Part shown: in pieces, positions 28,330 through 39,666 of the stretch
Numbering within the stretch: position 1 is the stretch's first letter
How the letters are laid out: each line of letters begins with the position of its first letter
Assembly (NCBI GenBank): GCA_963722225.1
Contig: CAVRNM010000068.1
Coordinates: 1 to 50,406, forward strand
Reading direction: 5' to 3'
From: an uncultured Verrucomicrobiae bacterium
Lineage (GTDB): Bacteria; Verrucomicrobiota; Verrucomicrobiia; Opitutales; Opitutaceae
DNA: 50,406 bases
Translations under genes and position numbers: made by a program
Notes under the pieces: generated by a model
Seen by the model: the letters and a program-made list of their open reading frames with translations, nothing else
Told to the model about the DNA's origin: nothing
Databases searched by the model: none

Positions 28330-28863
28330 TCATGCTTCCAGTTCCTCGATCTCCCGGCCGCCCAACTGCTCCAGCAGCGCCCGGGTCTCCGCCGCGTCGT
28401 AGCAGGGGTCGCGCGCCTCGATCACGACGAAGAACCGGTCGTCCATCGCGCGCTGGAAATGCGCCTGCTTCATCACCGCATGATAGTGCATCGGCAGGCG
28501 GTTGAGCAGGAACATGCCGAGGATGGTCGCAAACGCCGTGAACAGGATCGTCAGCTCGTAGGAAATGGGAAAGGCGAACAGCGGACTGAAGAGCGGCTTG
28601 CCCCCGACCATGAGCTTGAAATTCCATGCGCCGGACCACCAGACCAGCCCCATGCCGGTGGCGAAACCAACGATGCCCCCGGCCAGCGAAATGCGCGGAA
28701 CGAGGGAGCGGCGCACGCCCATCGCGCGATCCATGCCATGAATCGGAAACGGCGTGATCACGTCCCAGGATTTGTACCCGGCATCGCGCACCGCCGCCGC
28801 CGCCTGCATGATGTCAGCCGGCGTATCAAACATCGCGATCAGACCGTAGGGTTGCTCGGGCAT
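28330..28863 (-). CDS. actD: Alternative Complex III subunit ActD (DUF3341-type membrane protein)
   Basis: The start is set at MPEQPYGLIAMFDTPADIMQAAAAVRDAGYKSWDV (ATG at 28863). The upstream part of track ORF 28330..29298 translates the CA-rich spacer. Confidence 0.75.
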   Translation of the reverse strand: MPEQPYGLIAMFDTPADIMQAAAAVRDAGYKSWDVITPFPIHGMDRAMGVRRSLVPRISLAGGIVGFATGMGLVWWSGAWNFKLMVGGKPLFSPLFAFPISYELTILFTAFATILGMFLLNRLPMHYHAVMKQAHFQRAMDDRFFVVIEARDPCYDAAETRALLEQLGGREIEELEA

Positions 28864-29033
28864 GGTGGACAATGAGGGAAGAATTAAAAACCGAGATTCA
28901 AGAGTCAGGAGAAATTGGCGTTTGGGCTTTGCGGTTTGTTCCTGGGGATTTGGCTCTTGGGACCTGTTCTTTGAAACTTGGAGTCTGGGATTTGGAGTTT
29001 GGAGTTTGGATTTTGGTGTTTGAGAGGTCTCGC
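28864..29033 (-). repeat. CA-rich degenerate CCAAA-type repeat spacer (actC/actD intergenic)
   Basis: The sense strand reads ..CACCAAAATCCAAACTCCAAACTCCAAATCCCAGACTCCAAGTTTCAAAG..GCCAAATCCCCAGG..AAAGCCCAAACGCCAATTTC... Confidence 0.75.
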
Positions 29034-30458
29034 CTAATGGTGTCCATGGTGCGCATCCGCCTGCGGCGTCACCGCCTTGATCTCGGCCATCGGCATCATC
29101 GGCAGGAAACGGATGAACAGCAGGAACAGCGTCCCAAACACCCCGAACGTGCCGAAGAAGGTGAAGATATCGACCACGGTGGGCGAAAGATAGCCCCAAC
29201 TCGAGGGCAGGAAGTCGCGGGTCAGCGACGTGCAGATGATCACGAAGCGCTCGAACCACATGCCCACGTTGACCAGCAGGGAGAGAATCCAGACCCACGC
29301 GGTGTTCCGGCGCACGCCCTTGAACCAGAAGAACTGCGGCACGATGACGTTGCAGACGATCATCGTCCAGTAGGCCCAGGCGTAGGGTCCGAAGGCGCGG
29401 TTGATGAACGTGAAACCTTCATTGGGATTGGCGCCGTACCACGCAATGAAGAACTCCATCATGTACGCGTAGCCCACCATCGATCCGGTCGCCAACGCGA
29501 TCTTGCACATGTTGTCGATGTGATACTGCGTGATCAGATCCTCGAGCTTGAACACCGCGCGCAGCGGCAGCAAGAGCGTCAGCACCATCCCGAAGCCCGA
29601 ATAGATCGCGCCGGCCACGAAGTAGGGCGGAAAGATCGTGGTGTGCCATCCGGGGATCAGCGAGACGGCAAAGTCGAAGGACACGATCGTATGCACCGAC
29701 AGCACCAGCGGCGTCGCGATCCCGGCGAGGATCAGGTAGGCCATCTCGTAGTTGCTCCAGTGCCGGTTGGATCCCCGCCAGCCCATCGCAAACAGGCCGT
29801 AAAGCCATGCGCGCACGCGCTGGCCTGCCGCCGTGAACCGGTCGCGCAGTAGCCCGAGATCCGGAATCATGCCCACGTACCAGAACAGCACCGACACGGT
29901 GCCGTAGGTGGAGACCGCAAACACGTCCCATTCCAGGGGCGAGCGGAAATTCTGCCAGATCCCATTCGAGTTCGGGAGGGGAAACAGGTACCAGGCGAAC
30001 CACACGCGGCCCACGTGGAAGAGCGGGAAAATTCCCGCGCACACGACGGCGAAAATCGTCATTGCCTCGGCCGCGCGGTTGATGGACGTGCGCCATTTCT
30101 GCCGCAGCAGGCACAGGATCGCGGAAATCAGCGTGCCGGCGTGGCCGATGCCGATCCAGAAGACGAAGTTGACGATCGGCCAGCCCCAGTTGATCGGGCT
30201 GCGGTGCCCCCACACGCCGACGCCCGTGCCGACGAGGTAGATCAACCCGGCGACGGTGAACGAGGCGATGAAGCCCGCCACGCCGAAGCAGATCCACCAC
30301 CAGCGGGGCGTCGGACCTTCAATGATCCCGCAGATCTTGTCCGAGATCCAGGCGAAGCTGCGGTTGTTCTCCACCAGCACTGCCCGCGGCAACGCGGCCG
30401 GCTTCACTTCCTCGAGGATGGCCGGAGCAGCGACGGTGGCCTCTGCCGCTTCAGACAT
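29034..30458 (-). CDS. actC: Alternative Complex III subunit ActC (NrfD/PsrC-like quinol-interacting membrane subunit)
   Basis: 474-aa polytopic protein that is NrfD-like in architecture. It lies downstream of the ActB gene. Confidence 0.8.
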   Translation of the reverse strand: MSEAAEATVAAPAILEEVKPAALPRAVLVENNRSFAWISDKICGIIEGPTPRWWWICFGVAGFIASFTVAGLIYLVGTGVGVWGHRSPINWGWPIVNFVFWIGIGHAGTLISAILCLLRQKWRTSINRAAEAMTIFAVVCAGIFPLFHVGRVWFAWYLFPLPNSNGIWQNFRSPLEWDVFAVSTYGTVSVLFWYVGMIPDLGLLRDRFTAAGQRVRAWLYGLFAMGWRGSNRHWSNYEMAYLILAGIATPLVLSVHTIVSFDFAVSLIPGWHTTIFPPYFVAGAIYSGFGMVLTLLLPLRAVFKLEDLITQYHIDNMCKIALATGSMVGYAYMMEFFIAWYGANPNEGFTFINRAFGPYAWAYWTMIVCNVIVPQFFWFKGVRRNTAWVWILSLLVNVGMWFERFVIICTSLTRDFLPSSWGYLSPTVVDIFTFFGTFGVFGTLFLLFIRFLPMMPMAEIKAVTPQADAHHGHH

Positions 30459-30515
30459 TAGACAATCCTCCGGTCAATGGTGTCGCCGCAAGCGCCAGCG
30501 AGTGGAACGTATCAT

Positions 30516-30583
30516 TGTAGGGCGGGATCGCCGTATCCCGCCATGTTTGGCAGCACGGCGGCGTTCGGCGACCCCGCCCTACA
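30516..30583. repeat. REP-like palindrome, family 1 (TGTAGGGCGGG..CCCGCCCTACA), inside the actB/actC intercistronic gap
   Basis: TGTAGGGCGGGATCGCCGTATCCCGCC..GGCGACCCCGCCCTACA. It is made of two internal hairpins and the ends are mutually complementary. Confidence 0.8.
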
Positions 30584-30674
30584 AGGCGGACCAGACCGTT
30601 CGTACAGCGGCGTACGAACATCGCCTCAATTGGGAAAGCGCCTACGTGCGGTCGCAACAGAATCCCTCGGTAGT

Positions 30675-33600
30675 TCACTTGTCGCCCTCCTTGGCCCGAA
30701 CTCCCGGCTCCGCCGCGGTCCGGCCTTCCGCCTGCTGGTTCTTGAGGTTGTACTCCCGCCGGCTGAGCGGCAGGTCGGCGTAATCCGGCATCCGCGGATT
30801 CGGGTTCCGCACCTTGCCGAGATAGGTCGTGCGCGGCCGGACATTGAGATAGCCGAGCACCGAGTAGGTCCGCGGCTGGGCCTTGGCCTTCACCACCGCG
30901 CTGTTTTCGTCCAGCAAGTTGCCGAAGACAATGGCCTCAACCGGGCAGACTTGCTGGCAGGCGGTCTTGATCACGCCGTCGGGCACGTGGACATCGCCCG
31001 GCTGGCCGGCCTGCGCAGCCTTCACCTTCTGCAGGATCTTCGCGTTCTCGATGCGCTGCACACAATAGGTGCATTTCTCCATCACGCCGCGCATTCGCAC
31101 CGTCACCTCCGGATTGCGGACCATCTTGAGCAGTTCCGGCATTTCCTTCTGCGGGCCGAAGGGCCCCAGGTACAGCGAGTCGGTCGCATGCTTGTTCCAG
31201 TCGAAATAGTTGAAACGGCGCACCTTGTACGGACAATTGTTGGCGCAATAGCGGGTGCCGACGCACCGGTTGTAGGCCATCACATTGAGGCCTTCCTCGT
31301 CGTGCACGGTGGCATTCACCGGACAAACCATTTCGCACGGCGCCAGCTCGCATTGCTGGCACGCCATGGGCTCGAGCGAAACCTGCGGATCCTCGGGAAT
31401 CTCCCGGTTGCCGTCGCCGCCAAAAGCTCCCGTGGCGATCCGGCCGTCGGAGTAGTAGCGGTCGATCCGGATCCAATGCATCTCCCGGCCGCGAATGACC
31501 TGATCGCGGCCGACAATCGGGATGTTGTTCTCCGCCTGGCAGGCCACGACGCAAGCCTGGCAGCCAATGCAGGTGTTGAGGTCGATGGACATGCCCCACT
31601 GATGGTAGCCTTCATCGGCCCGACCGAGCTTCGGCGTCTGGTAGAGCGAATTCCCGCGCGGCATCTCGGTCGCCTTCTCCGCGGATGACAACTGCGCGCT
31701 GGCCGGGTCGTAGGGCGGACTGTGCGGCTCGAGGCCGATGGCGGCGACGAACGCCGGGTTGCGCATGAACTCGTCGACATTGGCCTCGCGGATGATCTCC
31801 CGGCCTTCCATCGACCAGTGCTCCTGGGTGTTGGCGAGCGCCTGTTGCTCGCCGGCCAGGACCTCGACGGTCGCTCCCACCGCGGTGTCCAGCGCCGCGC
31901 TCGTCCGCAACGCGTAGGCGCTGAAGCCGGCCCCGTTGCCCACCCGACCCGAGGCAGTGCGGCCGTAGCCGAGCGGAAGAACGATCGTGTAGTTTGCGAG
32001 GCCGGGCTGGATCTGCAGCGGGCCGCGCACCGTGCGGCCGCCCAGCCTCACCAAGCCGACCGGCGCCATCTCCTTGCCGTTGACCCAATTCGCGGCCTCG
32101 CCACGAGCCACGGGCAGCAGGCCGTCCCCGCCGGGAACCACGCCCAGGTCCTTCGCGAGCCGCGGCGAAATGAGAATGGCGTTGTCCCAGGTGAGGCGAG
32201 TGATGGGGTCCGGGCACTCCTGCAGCCAGCCGTTGTTGGCAAAACGCCCGTCATCGACCTTGTGGTCCGCTACAAAACGCACCTCAAGGCTCTCCGACCC
32301 GACCGCCGGCGGCTTCGGCGCGAGGGCGTTGATCGCGCTCGCCGCGTCACCAAGGGGCTCGATCGCACCGATCTCGGGCCAGGCCGTCCCCGCGAGCAGG
32401 CCGTCGTACAAAAACTGCCGGAAAGTCTTCTCCGGATCGCCGCCGGCCCGCCGGGTGATGGTGTGGTAGACCTGCGTGTAGGGATCGGTGGTTGCGTCGC
32501 CGAGAATCCGCGCCAGCAAGGCCAGCTCTCCCATCCCGTCAAACAACGGAAGAATCATCGGCTGCACGGGAACGATGGTGCCGTCGGCGGTGCGGGCATC
32601 GCCCCACGACTCGAGGTAGTGCGTTCCCGCCACATGCACTCCGCCCAACGCCGAAGTCTCGTCGACGTAAGTGCCGTGGCGGATGACCTCGGGCACCGAT
32701 TTCTGCAGCGCCGGCCAGTCGAGGTCCGCCGGCGCATTGTAGGCGGGATTGCCGCCCAGGATGAAAAGGGTCTTCACCGCGCCGGCCTTGATGCGATCCG
32801 CGAGCTGCTGGATCGTCGCCGCGGACGACGGTTCGGCTGCGACGAACGCCACGGTCCGGCCGAGATTGCCCAGCGCCGCGTTCATCAGATAGGCGAGCGC
32901 ATGCACCGCGGCGGGTTGATGCGCGCCCGCCACGACCAGGCCCGCCCCCCGGTGCGCGAGCAGATCAGCGGCGCATCCGGAAATCCATTCCGGTTTGACG
33001 TCGAGCCCCAGGGCGAGCGTCGCGAAGGCGTCCGTCCCCAGCACCCGGCCCGCCAGCGCCGCGGCCAGTGGCAAGACGTGACTGCTGGCGATGCGCAGCC
33101 GGTGGTCGGCCATTGCGCCGGTGGTCGTGAAGGCGCTTTCCGCCACGTAAAGGCGGTTCATCCGGCCGGCCTCGTCCGGCGACTCCACGCGTCGCCCCCG
33201 GGCAAACTCGCGCGCATGGGCCAGCGCCGCGGGCTCAGCCTGGAGAAAATCGCTGTCGAGACTTACGATGCGCCGCGCCGCGGCAAAGCGGTAGACCGGC
33301 TTCAAATCGCGGCCAAAGACAACGCGCGCCGCCCCAACCGGCGGTTCGTCGGTTACGGGTTCGAATTCCGCCCAGATGATCCCGGGAAATTTGTCCTTCA
33401 GCCGGGCGGCCAGAGCGGCCCGGGTCAGCGAACTCGAGGCCTCGGCCAGGAAGGCCAGGCCGGCGCCCTGGTTCGCCGCGTATTTCCCGCCGACCGACGC
33501 CAGCAGATCATTGACGGCGGCTGCGGACATTTCCGTCCCGTCCTTCTGGTGCGCCGTGGCACGGTCGGGATCGTACAGGTCGAGGAGCGACGCCTGGGCA

Positions 33601-34019
33601 ATGAGGCTGGTCGTTCCGCCATGCGGGGCGTAGGAGGGGTTTCCTTCCAGCTTGGTCGGCCGGCCCTGATAGGTCTCCGCCACCAGCGGCACCGCCGCGC
33701 GCCGCAGCGGCATCGCGGTGGCGAAATACAGCGGCAGGCCATCCTTCACGTCCTCAACGGACTTGCCGTACGGCAACACGTACGCTTCGGGACGCCGGCA
33801 CCCGGCGAGACCGATGCCGCCCAGGGCGAACGAGGCGGCCATCAGTTTGAAAAACTGGCGGCGGTCGACGCCATCGAGCTGCGCCGCCCCCGCGGGGAAC
33901 TCGCGGTCCAGATATTCCCGGAACCCGGGCGTGGCGGCCAGTTCGTCAAGACTGCGCCAGTAGCGCGGGCCGCTGAGTTCGCGGACCGTGGGGGCGGGAT
34001 GCTGGACCTGGCGTTTCAT
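30675..34019 (-). CDS. actB: Alternative Complex III subunit ActB (Tat-exported molybdopterin-oxidoreductase-like domain fused to 4Fe-4S ferredoxin-like domain)
   Basis: Tat motif DRRQFFKLMAASFALGG. A long MopB-like body is followed by FeS motifs CIGCQACVVACQAENN, CQQCELAPCEMVCP and CTYCVQR. Confidence 0.9.
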   Translation of the reverse strand: MKRQVQHPAPTVRELSGPRYWRSLDELAATPGFREYLDREFPAGAAQLDGVDRRQFFKLMAASFALGGIGLAGCRRPEAYVLPYGKSVEDVKDGLPLYFATAMPLRRAAVPLVAETYQGRPTKLEGNPSYAPHGGTTSLIAQASLLDLYDPDRATAHQKDGTEMSAAAVNDLLASVGGKYAANQGAGLAFLAEASSSLTRAALAARLKDKFPGIIWAEFEPVTDEPPVGAARVVFGRDLKPVYRFAAARRIVSLDSDFLQAEPAALAHAREFARGRRVESPDEAGRMNRLYVAESAFTTTGAMADHRLRIASSHVLPLAAALAGRVLGTDAFATLALGLDVKPEWISGCAADLLAHRGAGLVVAGAHQPAAVHALAYLMNAALGNLGRTVAFVAAEPSSAATIQQLADRIKAGAVKTLFILGGNPAYNAPADLDWPALQKSVPEVIRHGTYVDETSALGGVHVAGTHYLESWGDARTADGTIVPVQPMILPLFDGMGELALLARILGDATTDPYTQVYHTITRRAGGDPEKTFRQFLYDGLLAGTAWPEIGAIEPLGDAASAINALAPKPPAVGSESLEVRFVADHKVDDGRFANNGWLQECPDPITRLTWDNAILISPRLAKDLGVVPGGDGLLPVARGEAANWVNGKEMAPVGLVRLGGRTVRGPLQIQPGLANYTIVLPLGYGRTASGRVGNGAGFSAYALRTSAALDTAVGATVEVLAGEQQALANTQEHWSMEGREIIREANVDEFMRNPAFVAAIGLEPHSPPYDPASAQLSSAEKATEMPRGNSLYQTPKLGRADEGYHQWGMSIDLNTCIGCQACVVACQAENNIPIVGRDQVIRGREMHWIRIDRYYSDGRIATGAFGGDGNREIPEDPQVSLEPMACQQCELAPCEMVCPVNATVHDEEGLNVMAYNRCVGTRYCANNCPYKVRRFNYFDWNKHATDSLYLGPFGPQKEMPELLKMVRNPEVTVRMRGVMEKCTYCVQRIENAKILQKVKAAQAGQPGDVHVPDGVIKTACQQVCPVEAIVFGNLLDENSAVVKAKAQPRTYSVLGYLNVRPRTTYLGKVRNPNPRMPDYADLPLSRREYNLKNQQAEGRTAAEPGVRAKEGDK

Positions 34020-34873
<854 letters not shown>

Positions 34874-35283
34874 GGGCCAGGGCGTCTCCGGAGATAAACC
34901 GCCGCGGCGGTCAGGGCGAATCCGCGCGGCGGGGCACAGCACGCGGCTCAGGTCGGAGGACGAACGGCCCGGACCAACCCCGGGGAACCTCCCGCCGGGG
35001 GGTCCCGGAACGGGCCAGCCCGCGCGACGCGAGGCCGGCGGCACCAACCAGACCGGCTAATCTGGCGAGGAATGATTTGCGCGAACAGTGCGGGCTCACG
35101 GGTTCGTCAGGTCAACGGGATCAAGGGTGGAAAGAGAAGAAGCGTAATGGCTTCCGGGATGTAAACCATATTTTGCCCGGATGCCAGACGGGACGCGGAA
35201 TCATTAGCCGACGATGCGCATCCATTGCCAATGCTAATCACAAACGTAATGACAAGATATGCGGACCGGGTGCCGGCCCGCCG

Positions 35284-35837
35284 TCAGCCGACGAGCTTCC
35301 GGTCGATCTTGATCACCACCTTGAAGACCCCGGAGTTAACCCCGTCCTGGACTCTCGGTCGATGGGCATCCGATGGATGGAAGATCGCAAAGCTCCCGGG
35401 AGCCATCCGCAGGGCTGTCGCCGGCCGGGCCGGGGGCAAAGCGCGGGGAGGCAGGGCGGAGGGGCGGGGAAACGGGGAATCGGGCCACGGCCTTCGGGCG
35501 GGAGAAAGGCCGGGGACCGGTAGAAAAGGACGTCCTTCTCTCCGTCGTACCCGCCGTCCGGATCCAATTCGGACGCCAGCCACCAATCGATCATCTCGCC
35601 GCCCGAGAAGCAGGATTGGAGATCGACGTAGCGCCGGTGGCTCTCGAACCGGCCTTGGGCGCGCGGCGCCGTCTCGTAACCGTGGACATTCGCGTAGATC
35701 TCCTCGCCCTGCAGCTCCTGGATGCCAGGCGGCGTCGCGGCGGTCGCCTGTCCCAGCCAGTCAAAGGCCAGCTTCCACGCCGGGGTGGCCAGCAAATGAG
35801 CATACGCATCGCAACCAGAGAGATGACCGTAGAGCAC
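35284..35837 (-). pseudogene. YhcH/YjgK/YiaL (DUF386) family protein with apparent frameshift
   Basis: The N-terminal part MLYGHLSGCDAYAHLL..IYANVHGYET..FESHRRYVDLQ..GGEMI is in one frame. The C-terminal family signature LRMAPGSFAIFHPSDAHRPRV..VFKVVIKIDRKLVG is in another (ORF 35284..35586). The 554-nt length is not a multiple of 3. The junction lies in a GC/Pro-rich stretch at ~35400-35530. Confidence 0.55.
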
Positions 35838-36020
35838 GGAGAAAGGAGCCAGGAATCAGGGGGCTGGCACCGGACGCCAGGGGACGGATGACCGGGAGCC
35901 AGCTGTCAGATGACAGAACCCTGACCGATGTCCAGTCGTCCGCGCTGCCGGAAAGGCCTGCCCGAGCTCATGGAGCTGACCAACGCCTCGCAAACGACGA
36001 TAGCCGCCACCAAATGGTGC

Positions 36021-36085
36021 GTAGGGCCGGCGCCGTTTCGACAGGCTCAAGGCCCCGAGCGTGCCGAGGCGCTTGTCGCCGGGCC
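36021..36085. repeat. REP-like element, family 3 (CCGTTTCGACAGGCTCAAGGCCCCGAGCG core)
   Basis: GTAGGGCCGGCGCCGTTTCGACAGGCTCAAGGCCCCGAGCGTGCCGAGGCGCTTGTCGCCGGGCC. A second copy lies at 39923-39988. Confidence 0.7.
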
Positions 36086-36170
36086 AATTATCGACGGGAT
36101 GAGGGTCCGCCGACGAGCGGCGACTCTACGCCTCCTGCACCAGGCCGACTCCGCGGCGGCGGGTTTCCCA

Positions 36171-38072
36171 TCAGATCGCATAGTCATCCGGCGACGAGCG
36201 TTCGTTCGGGGACCTGGGCACATCGGACGCCTGCTCCTGCTTCTTGTTGTAAAACAGTCGCACGTCGGCCCGGCGAGTGTGCAACAGCTCGGTGGCACGC
36301 TTCAACGCCCGCTTCGTGCTCATCGTGAGATTGGTTTCCGCGGGAAACACATTCTCGGGGCCGATCTGCGCCAGCGCACCGCTGTTCTTCAGGACGCTCA
36401 TCACATCCGCGTTGCAGCCGCTGATGAGCATGTGGCGGCCGCTGCCCTGCAGATAATCATGCAGATTTTCCATGGCCATGACCGTCGAGGCATCGAGGTG
36501 GCGGGCATTCTTCATGCGCAGGATGAAGACCCGGATGTGGGCGTCCTCCGACAGGCGCCGGATCTCCTCCTGGAACAGGTCGGCGGCGCCGAAGTACAGC
36601 TCGCCCTCGACGTGGATGATCGAGATCTGCGGATTGGCCCGCGCGGAAGGATCCTGCAACTCCGCAAGCTGGCCGCTCTCGTTGAAGGCATATTCGACGA
36701 GCGAGGGCGTGCTGGTTTTCTGCAGGAACAGCACCAGCGCCACCCCAATGCCCACATAGATGGCCGTCTCAAGCTTGAAGAAAAGCGCGGCGCCAAGCGT
36801 TACGGCGAACACCACGGCATCGGACCGCGTCGACCGCAGGGACACCCGGATCTGCGCTTTGTTGACCAGGCGAAGGCCCACGCGCATCAGGTGGGCGGCC
36901 AGGGCGGCAACCGGGATGTAATTGAAGACCGGCGTGACCAGGAACAGGATCACCAACACCACCAGGCTGCTGAGCATCGAGGAGAGCTGCGACGTGGCGG
37001 CGCTCTGGTAATTCACCGCCGACCGCGTGAAGGAGGAGGAACCCGGAGTCACCCCGAAGAGCCCGCACGCCATGTTTCCGACGCCCATGCCCAGGAGTTC
37101 CTGGTTGGGTTCGAGCGCCTGGCCGCTCTTGGCCGCCAGCGATTTGGTGATCGCGGTGGCCTCCAGCATCCCAATGATGGCGATCGCGATCACGGTGCTG
37201 GACAGCTGCGACAACACGGCCCACTGCGTCGCGAGCGAGGGCAGCCACTCCAGCTGGGGAATCACCGCCATGAGCGCCCCCTCGTCCTGCACCAGCTTGA
37301 AAGGCACCACCGTGAGCCCGAAAATGTGGTCGCGGACAACCAGATACGCGAAGAACCTGGCGGCCAGACCCAGGACAGCGAGGCCGATGAGTGCCTCCGG
37401 CCAGGACCGGCGCCAACGCTTGATTCCCTCGAAAATCGCCAGGGTCAACAACCCGATGCCGATGGCCCACCAGGAGAAGGCGTCGTCGCGGACCGCCTGG
37501 GCCACCTTCGTCAGGACCGTCACGAAGCTTTCGCCGGCCGGCACATGGAATCCCATGAAATTGGGACCCTGGCTCGTGATGAGAAGCACGCCGATTGCCG
37601 TGGTGTACCCAATGACGACCGAGCGCGAAATGAACTTGGTCACCTCGCCGAAATTAAACAGGCCGGCGAGAAATTGCGTGAGGCCGATCAAAAAAGCCAT
37701 GTAGGCCGCCAGCGCCAGCGGGTGGAGGCCGAGGTTGGCGTTGCCCGTGATCGTGGCCGCGGTGATCAGGCAGACCGACGTCGTCGGGCCAAACACGTGA
37801 TAGTGCGAGGAGAAGAACAGCGCGCTAAAGAAACCGCCGACCACGACCGAAATGATCACGGGCATTGGCGGCAGGCCCAGGATCAGGGCAAAGCCAATGG
37901 CCTGGGGGACCGACACCAGCGTCAGCGTCGCCCCGGCGACCAGGTCCGCGCGAAGCCGTTTCCAGCTGTAGTTCCGGAACTCCCCGACCAAGGGGAAGCT
38001 CACCCGGAACATCTTGGCCCGCAGCGCCTGGGCGTCCGTTATGGTTTCTCTGACAGTTTCCGCGACACTCAT
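36171..38072 (-). CDS. SulP-family anion transporter with C-terminal STAS domain
   Basis: 633-aa ORF. N-terminal LRADLVAGATLTLVSVPQAIGFALILGLPP, a polytopic body, and a C-terminal STAS-like region (IIHVEGELYFGAADLFQEEI..VFILRMKNARHLDAST). Confidence 0.9.
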   Translation of the reverse strand: MSVAETVRETITDAQALRAKMFRVSFPLVGEFRNYSWKRLRADLVAGATLTLVSVPQAIGFALILGLPPMPVIISVVVGGFFSALFFSSHYHVFGPTTSVCLITAATITGNANLGLHPLALAAYMAFLIGLTQFLAGLFNFGEVTKFISRSVVIGYTTAIGVLLITSQGPNFMGFHVPAGESFVTVLTKVAQAVRDDAFSWWAIGIGLLTLAIFEGIKRWRRSWPEALIGLAVLGLAARFFAYLVVRDHIFGLTVVPFKLVQDEGALMAVIPQLEWLPSLATQWAVLSQLSSTVIAIAIIGMLEATAITKSLAAKSGQALEPNQELLGMGVGNMACGLFGVTPGSSSFTRSAVNYQSAATSQLSSMLSSLVVLVILFLVTPVFNYIPVAALAAHLMRVGLRLVNKAQIRVSLRSTRSDAVVFAVTLGAALFFKLETAIYVGIGVALVLFLQKTSTPSLVEYAFNESGQLAELQDPSARANPQISIIHVEGELYFGAADLFQEEIRRLSEDAHIRVFILRMKNARHLDASTVMAMENLHDYLQGSGRHMLISGCNADVMSVLKNSGALAQIGPENVFPAETNLTMSTKRALKRATELLHTRRADVRLFYNKKQEQASDVPRSPNERSSPDDYAI

Positions 38073-38088
38073 GCAGGCAACGGCAATT

Positions 38089-39003
38089 CTACGCCTGCAA
38101 TCCGATTTTCTCCAGAATCCGCTGCAGATCGTTGTTGCCGGCGTATTCGATAATGATGCGGCCGCGCTTGGGCGTGTGCTGGAGGGAGACGCGCGCGCCG
38201 AGGTGCGTCGTCAGTCGTTTCTGGATGTCCGTCACCGCGGCGGCCTCGGCCGGCGGCACCGCGCGGCCTTTGCCCGGGCCGGCGGGAGCAGCCGGATGGC
38301 TTTGCGCGATCTTCTCCAGCACGCGCACACTCAGGCCCTCCTCGATCACCCGCCGGGCGAGGATCGCGCGCCGCGCCGGCTCCTCCAGCCCGAGCAACAC
38401 CTTGGCATGGCCCGGACTGAGCAGGCCCTTCGCCAGATAACCCTGGATCTCGGCGTCGAGCAAGAGCAGCCGGAGGGAATTGGCCACCGAGGCCCGGCCC
38501 CGGCCCACCCGCTCGGACGTCTGCTCCTGGGTAAGATCGAAATCCCGGATCAAACTCGCATAGCCGTACGCCTCTTCAATCGGATTCAGCCCCTCGCGCT
38601 GCAGGTTCTCAATCAACGTGAGCGCGGCGGAGGAGGCGTTGCTGGCCTCCAGGAGGCGCGCCGGAATGGTCTTGAGCTTCAATGACTGGAAGGCGCGCCA
38701 GCGACGTTCGCCGGCGATCAGCTGGAATTTCTCGCCCACCTTGCGTACCACGATCGGCTGGAGCAGCCCCTCCGCCCGGATGCTTTCGGCGAGCTCCTTC
38801 AGTTGCTCGGGATGGATGTCCTTGCGCGGCTGATACGGACTCGGCTCCACCAGGTGCACCGGCACTTCCTGGAAACCCGGCGCCGCCGGGGCGGCGGCGG
38901 CCGGACTGGCCGCCGCCTTCGCTTCGATTTTCGGCGCCCCGGGGGTGCCGCTGGCGATCAAGGCTCCGAGGCCGCGTCCAAGTCTGGATTTCGGTAATGC
39001 CAT
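38089..39003 (-). CDS. parB: Chromosome-partitioning protein ParB
   Basis: GRGLGALI, QPRKDIHPEQLKELAESIRAEGLLQPIVVR, ERRWRA and ENLQREGLNPIEEA are canonical ParB/Spo0J boxes. No parA is adjacent in this window. Confidence 0.9.
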   Translation of the reverse strand: MALPKSRLGRGLGALIASGTPGAPKIEAKAAASPAAAAPAAPGFQEVPVHLVEPSPYQPRKDIHPEQLKELAESIRAEGLLQPIVVRKVGEKFQLIAGERRWRAFQSLKLKTIPARLLEASNASSAALTLIENLQREGLNPIEEAYGYASLIRDFDLTQEQTSERVGRGRASVANSLRLLLLDAEIQGYLAKGLLSPGHAKVLLGLEEPARRAILARRVIEEGLSVRVLEKIAQSHPAAPAGPGKGRAVPPAEAAAVTDIQKRLTTHLGARVSLQHTPKRGRIIIEYAGNNDLQRILEKIGLQA

Positions 39004-39011
39004 GGGGGTGG

Positions 39012-39602
39012 TTATTTCTGCTGCGGAATAAACAGCGTCTGCCCGGCCTGCAGCCGGGTCGGATCGGCAATCTTGTTGGCGTTGATGATGTCCTGCATCC
39101 GGGCATTCGTCTTGTGCGCGATGCTGGAAAGCGTGTCGCCCCGCTGCACCGTGTAACTGACGCCTTCCTTGGGATAGTCGTCGGTGAACGTGGGCGTGCT
39201 CACCGCGGGCCGGAGGGCGGCGCCCTTGGCCAGCGCATTGATCGCCGCCTGGGTCTCGTTCGCCAGCTTCTCCATCTGTCCGCTCACCACCTGGAGGGTC
39301 TCGCGGCGCTGGTCCCGCATCGCCGCCTGCAGGGTCTTCTGGAGATCCGCCAGGGCTTCATTCATCTGGGCGAGCGTGACGTAGGTCTGGCTCGACTTTG
39401 ACTGCAGGTCGTTGTTCGCCCGCTCGAGCTGTTCGACGCGGAGACTAAGTTCGTTCACCCGCTGGGTGAGCAGGCGGACGTCCTCATGGAGGCTGGCGAC
39501 CTCGAATGCCGGCGAATTGTTCTGCGCCGGCAGCCTAAGGGAGGTGAGAATGACCGCGGCGACCAACCCGGCAACACAGCGAAAACAAGTGTGATGCGGC
39601 AT
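39012..39602 (-). CDS. Membrane-anchored coiled-coil protein with C-terminal LysM domain
   Basis: N-terminal hydrophobic anchor, a heptad-rich middle (LTQRVNELSLRVEQLERANNDLQSK) and a LysM motif YTVQRGDTLSSIAHKTNARMQDIINANKI..LQAGQTLFIP. It ends 8 nt upstream of parB. Confidence 0.75.
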   Translation of the reverse strand: MPHHTCFRCVAGLVAAVILTSLRLPAQNNSPAFEVASLHEDVRLLTQRVNELSLRVEQLERANNDLQSKSSQTYVTLAQMNEALADLQKTLQAAMRDQRRETLQVVSGQMEKLANETQAAINALAKGAALRPAVSTPTFTDDYPKEGVSYTVQRGDTLSSIAHKTNARMQDIINANKIADPTRLQAGQTLFIPQQK

Positions 39603-39666
39603 ATGTGCGCCAGCATTGGAAGAAACGTCGGCAAAAACAAGCGAAAGCCGGGAGGGTCTCCGGCCC

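Noticed and set aside
34911-35099. 62-aa ORF in the actA leader with a Tat-like beginning (SRKSFLARLAGLVGAAGLAS)
   Set aside because: It has no twin arginine. It is in a different frame from actA. The remainder is Arg/Pro-rich low complexity, and ActA already has its own TM anchor from the ATG at 34873.
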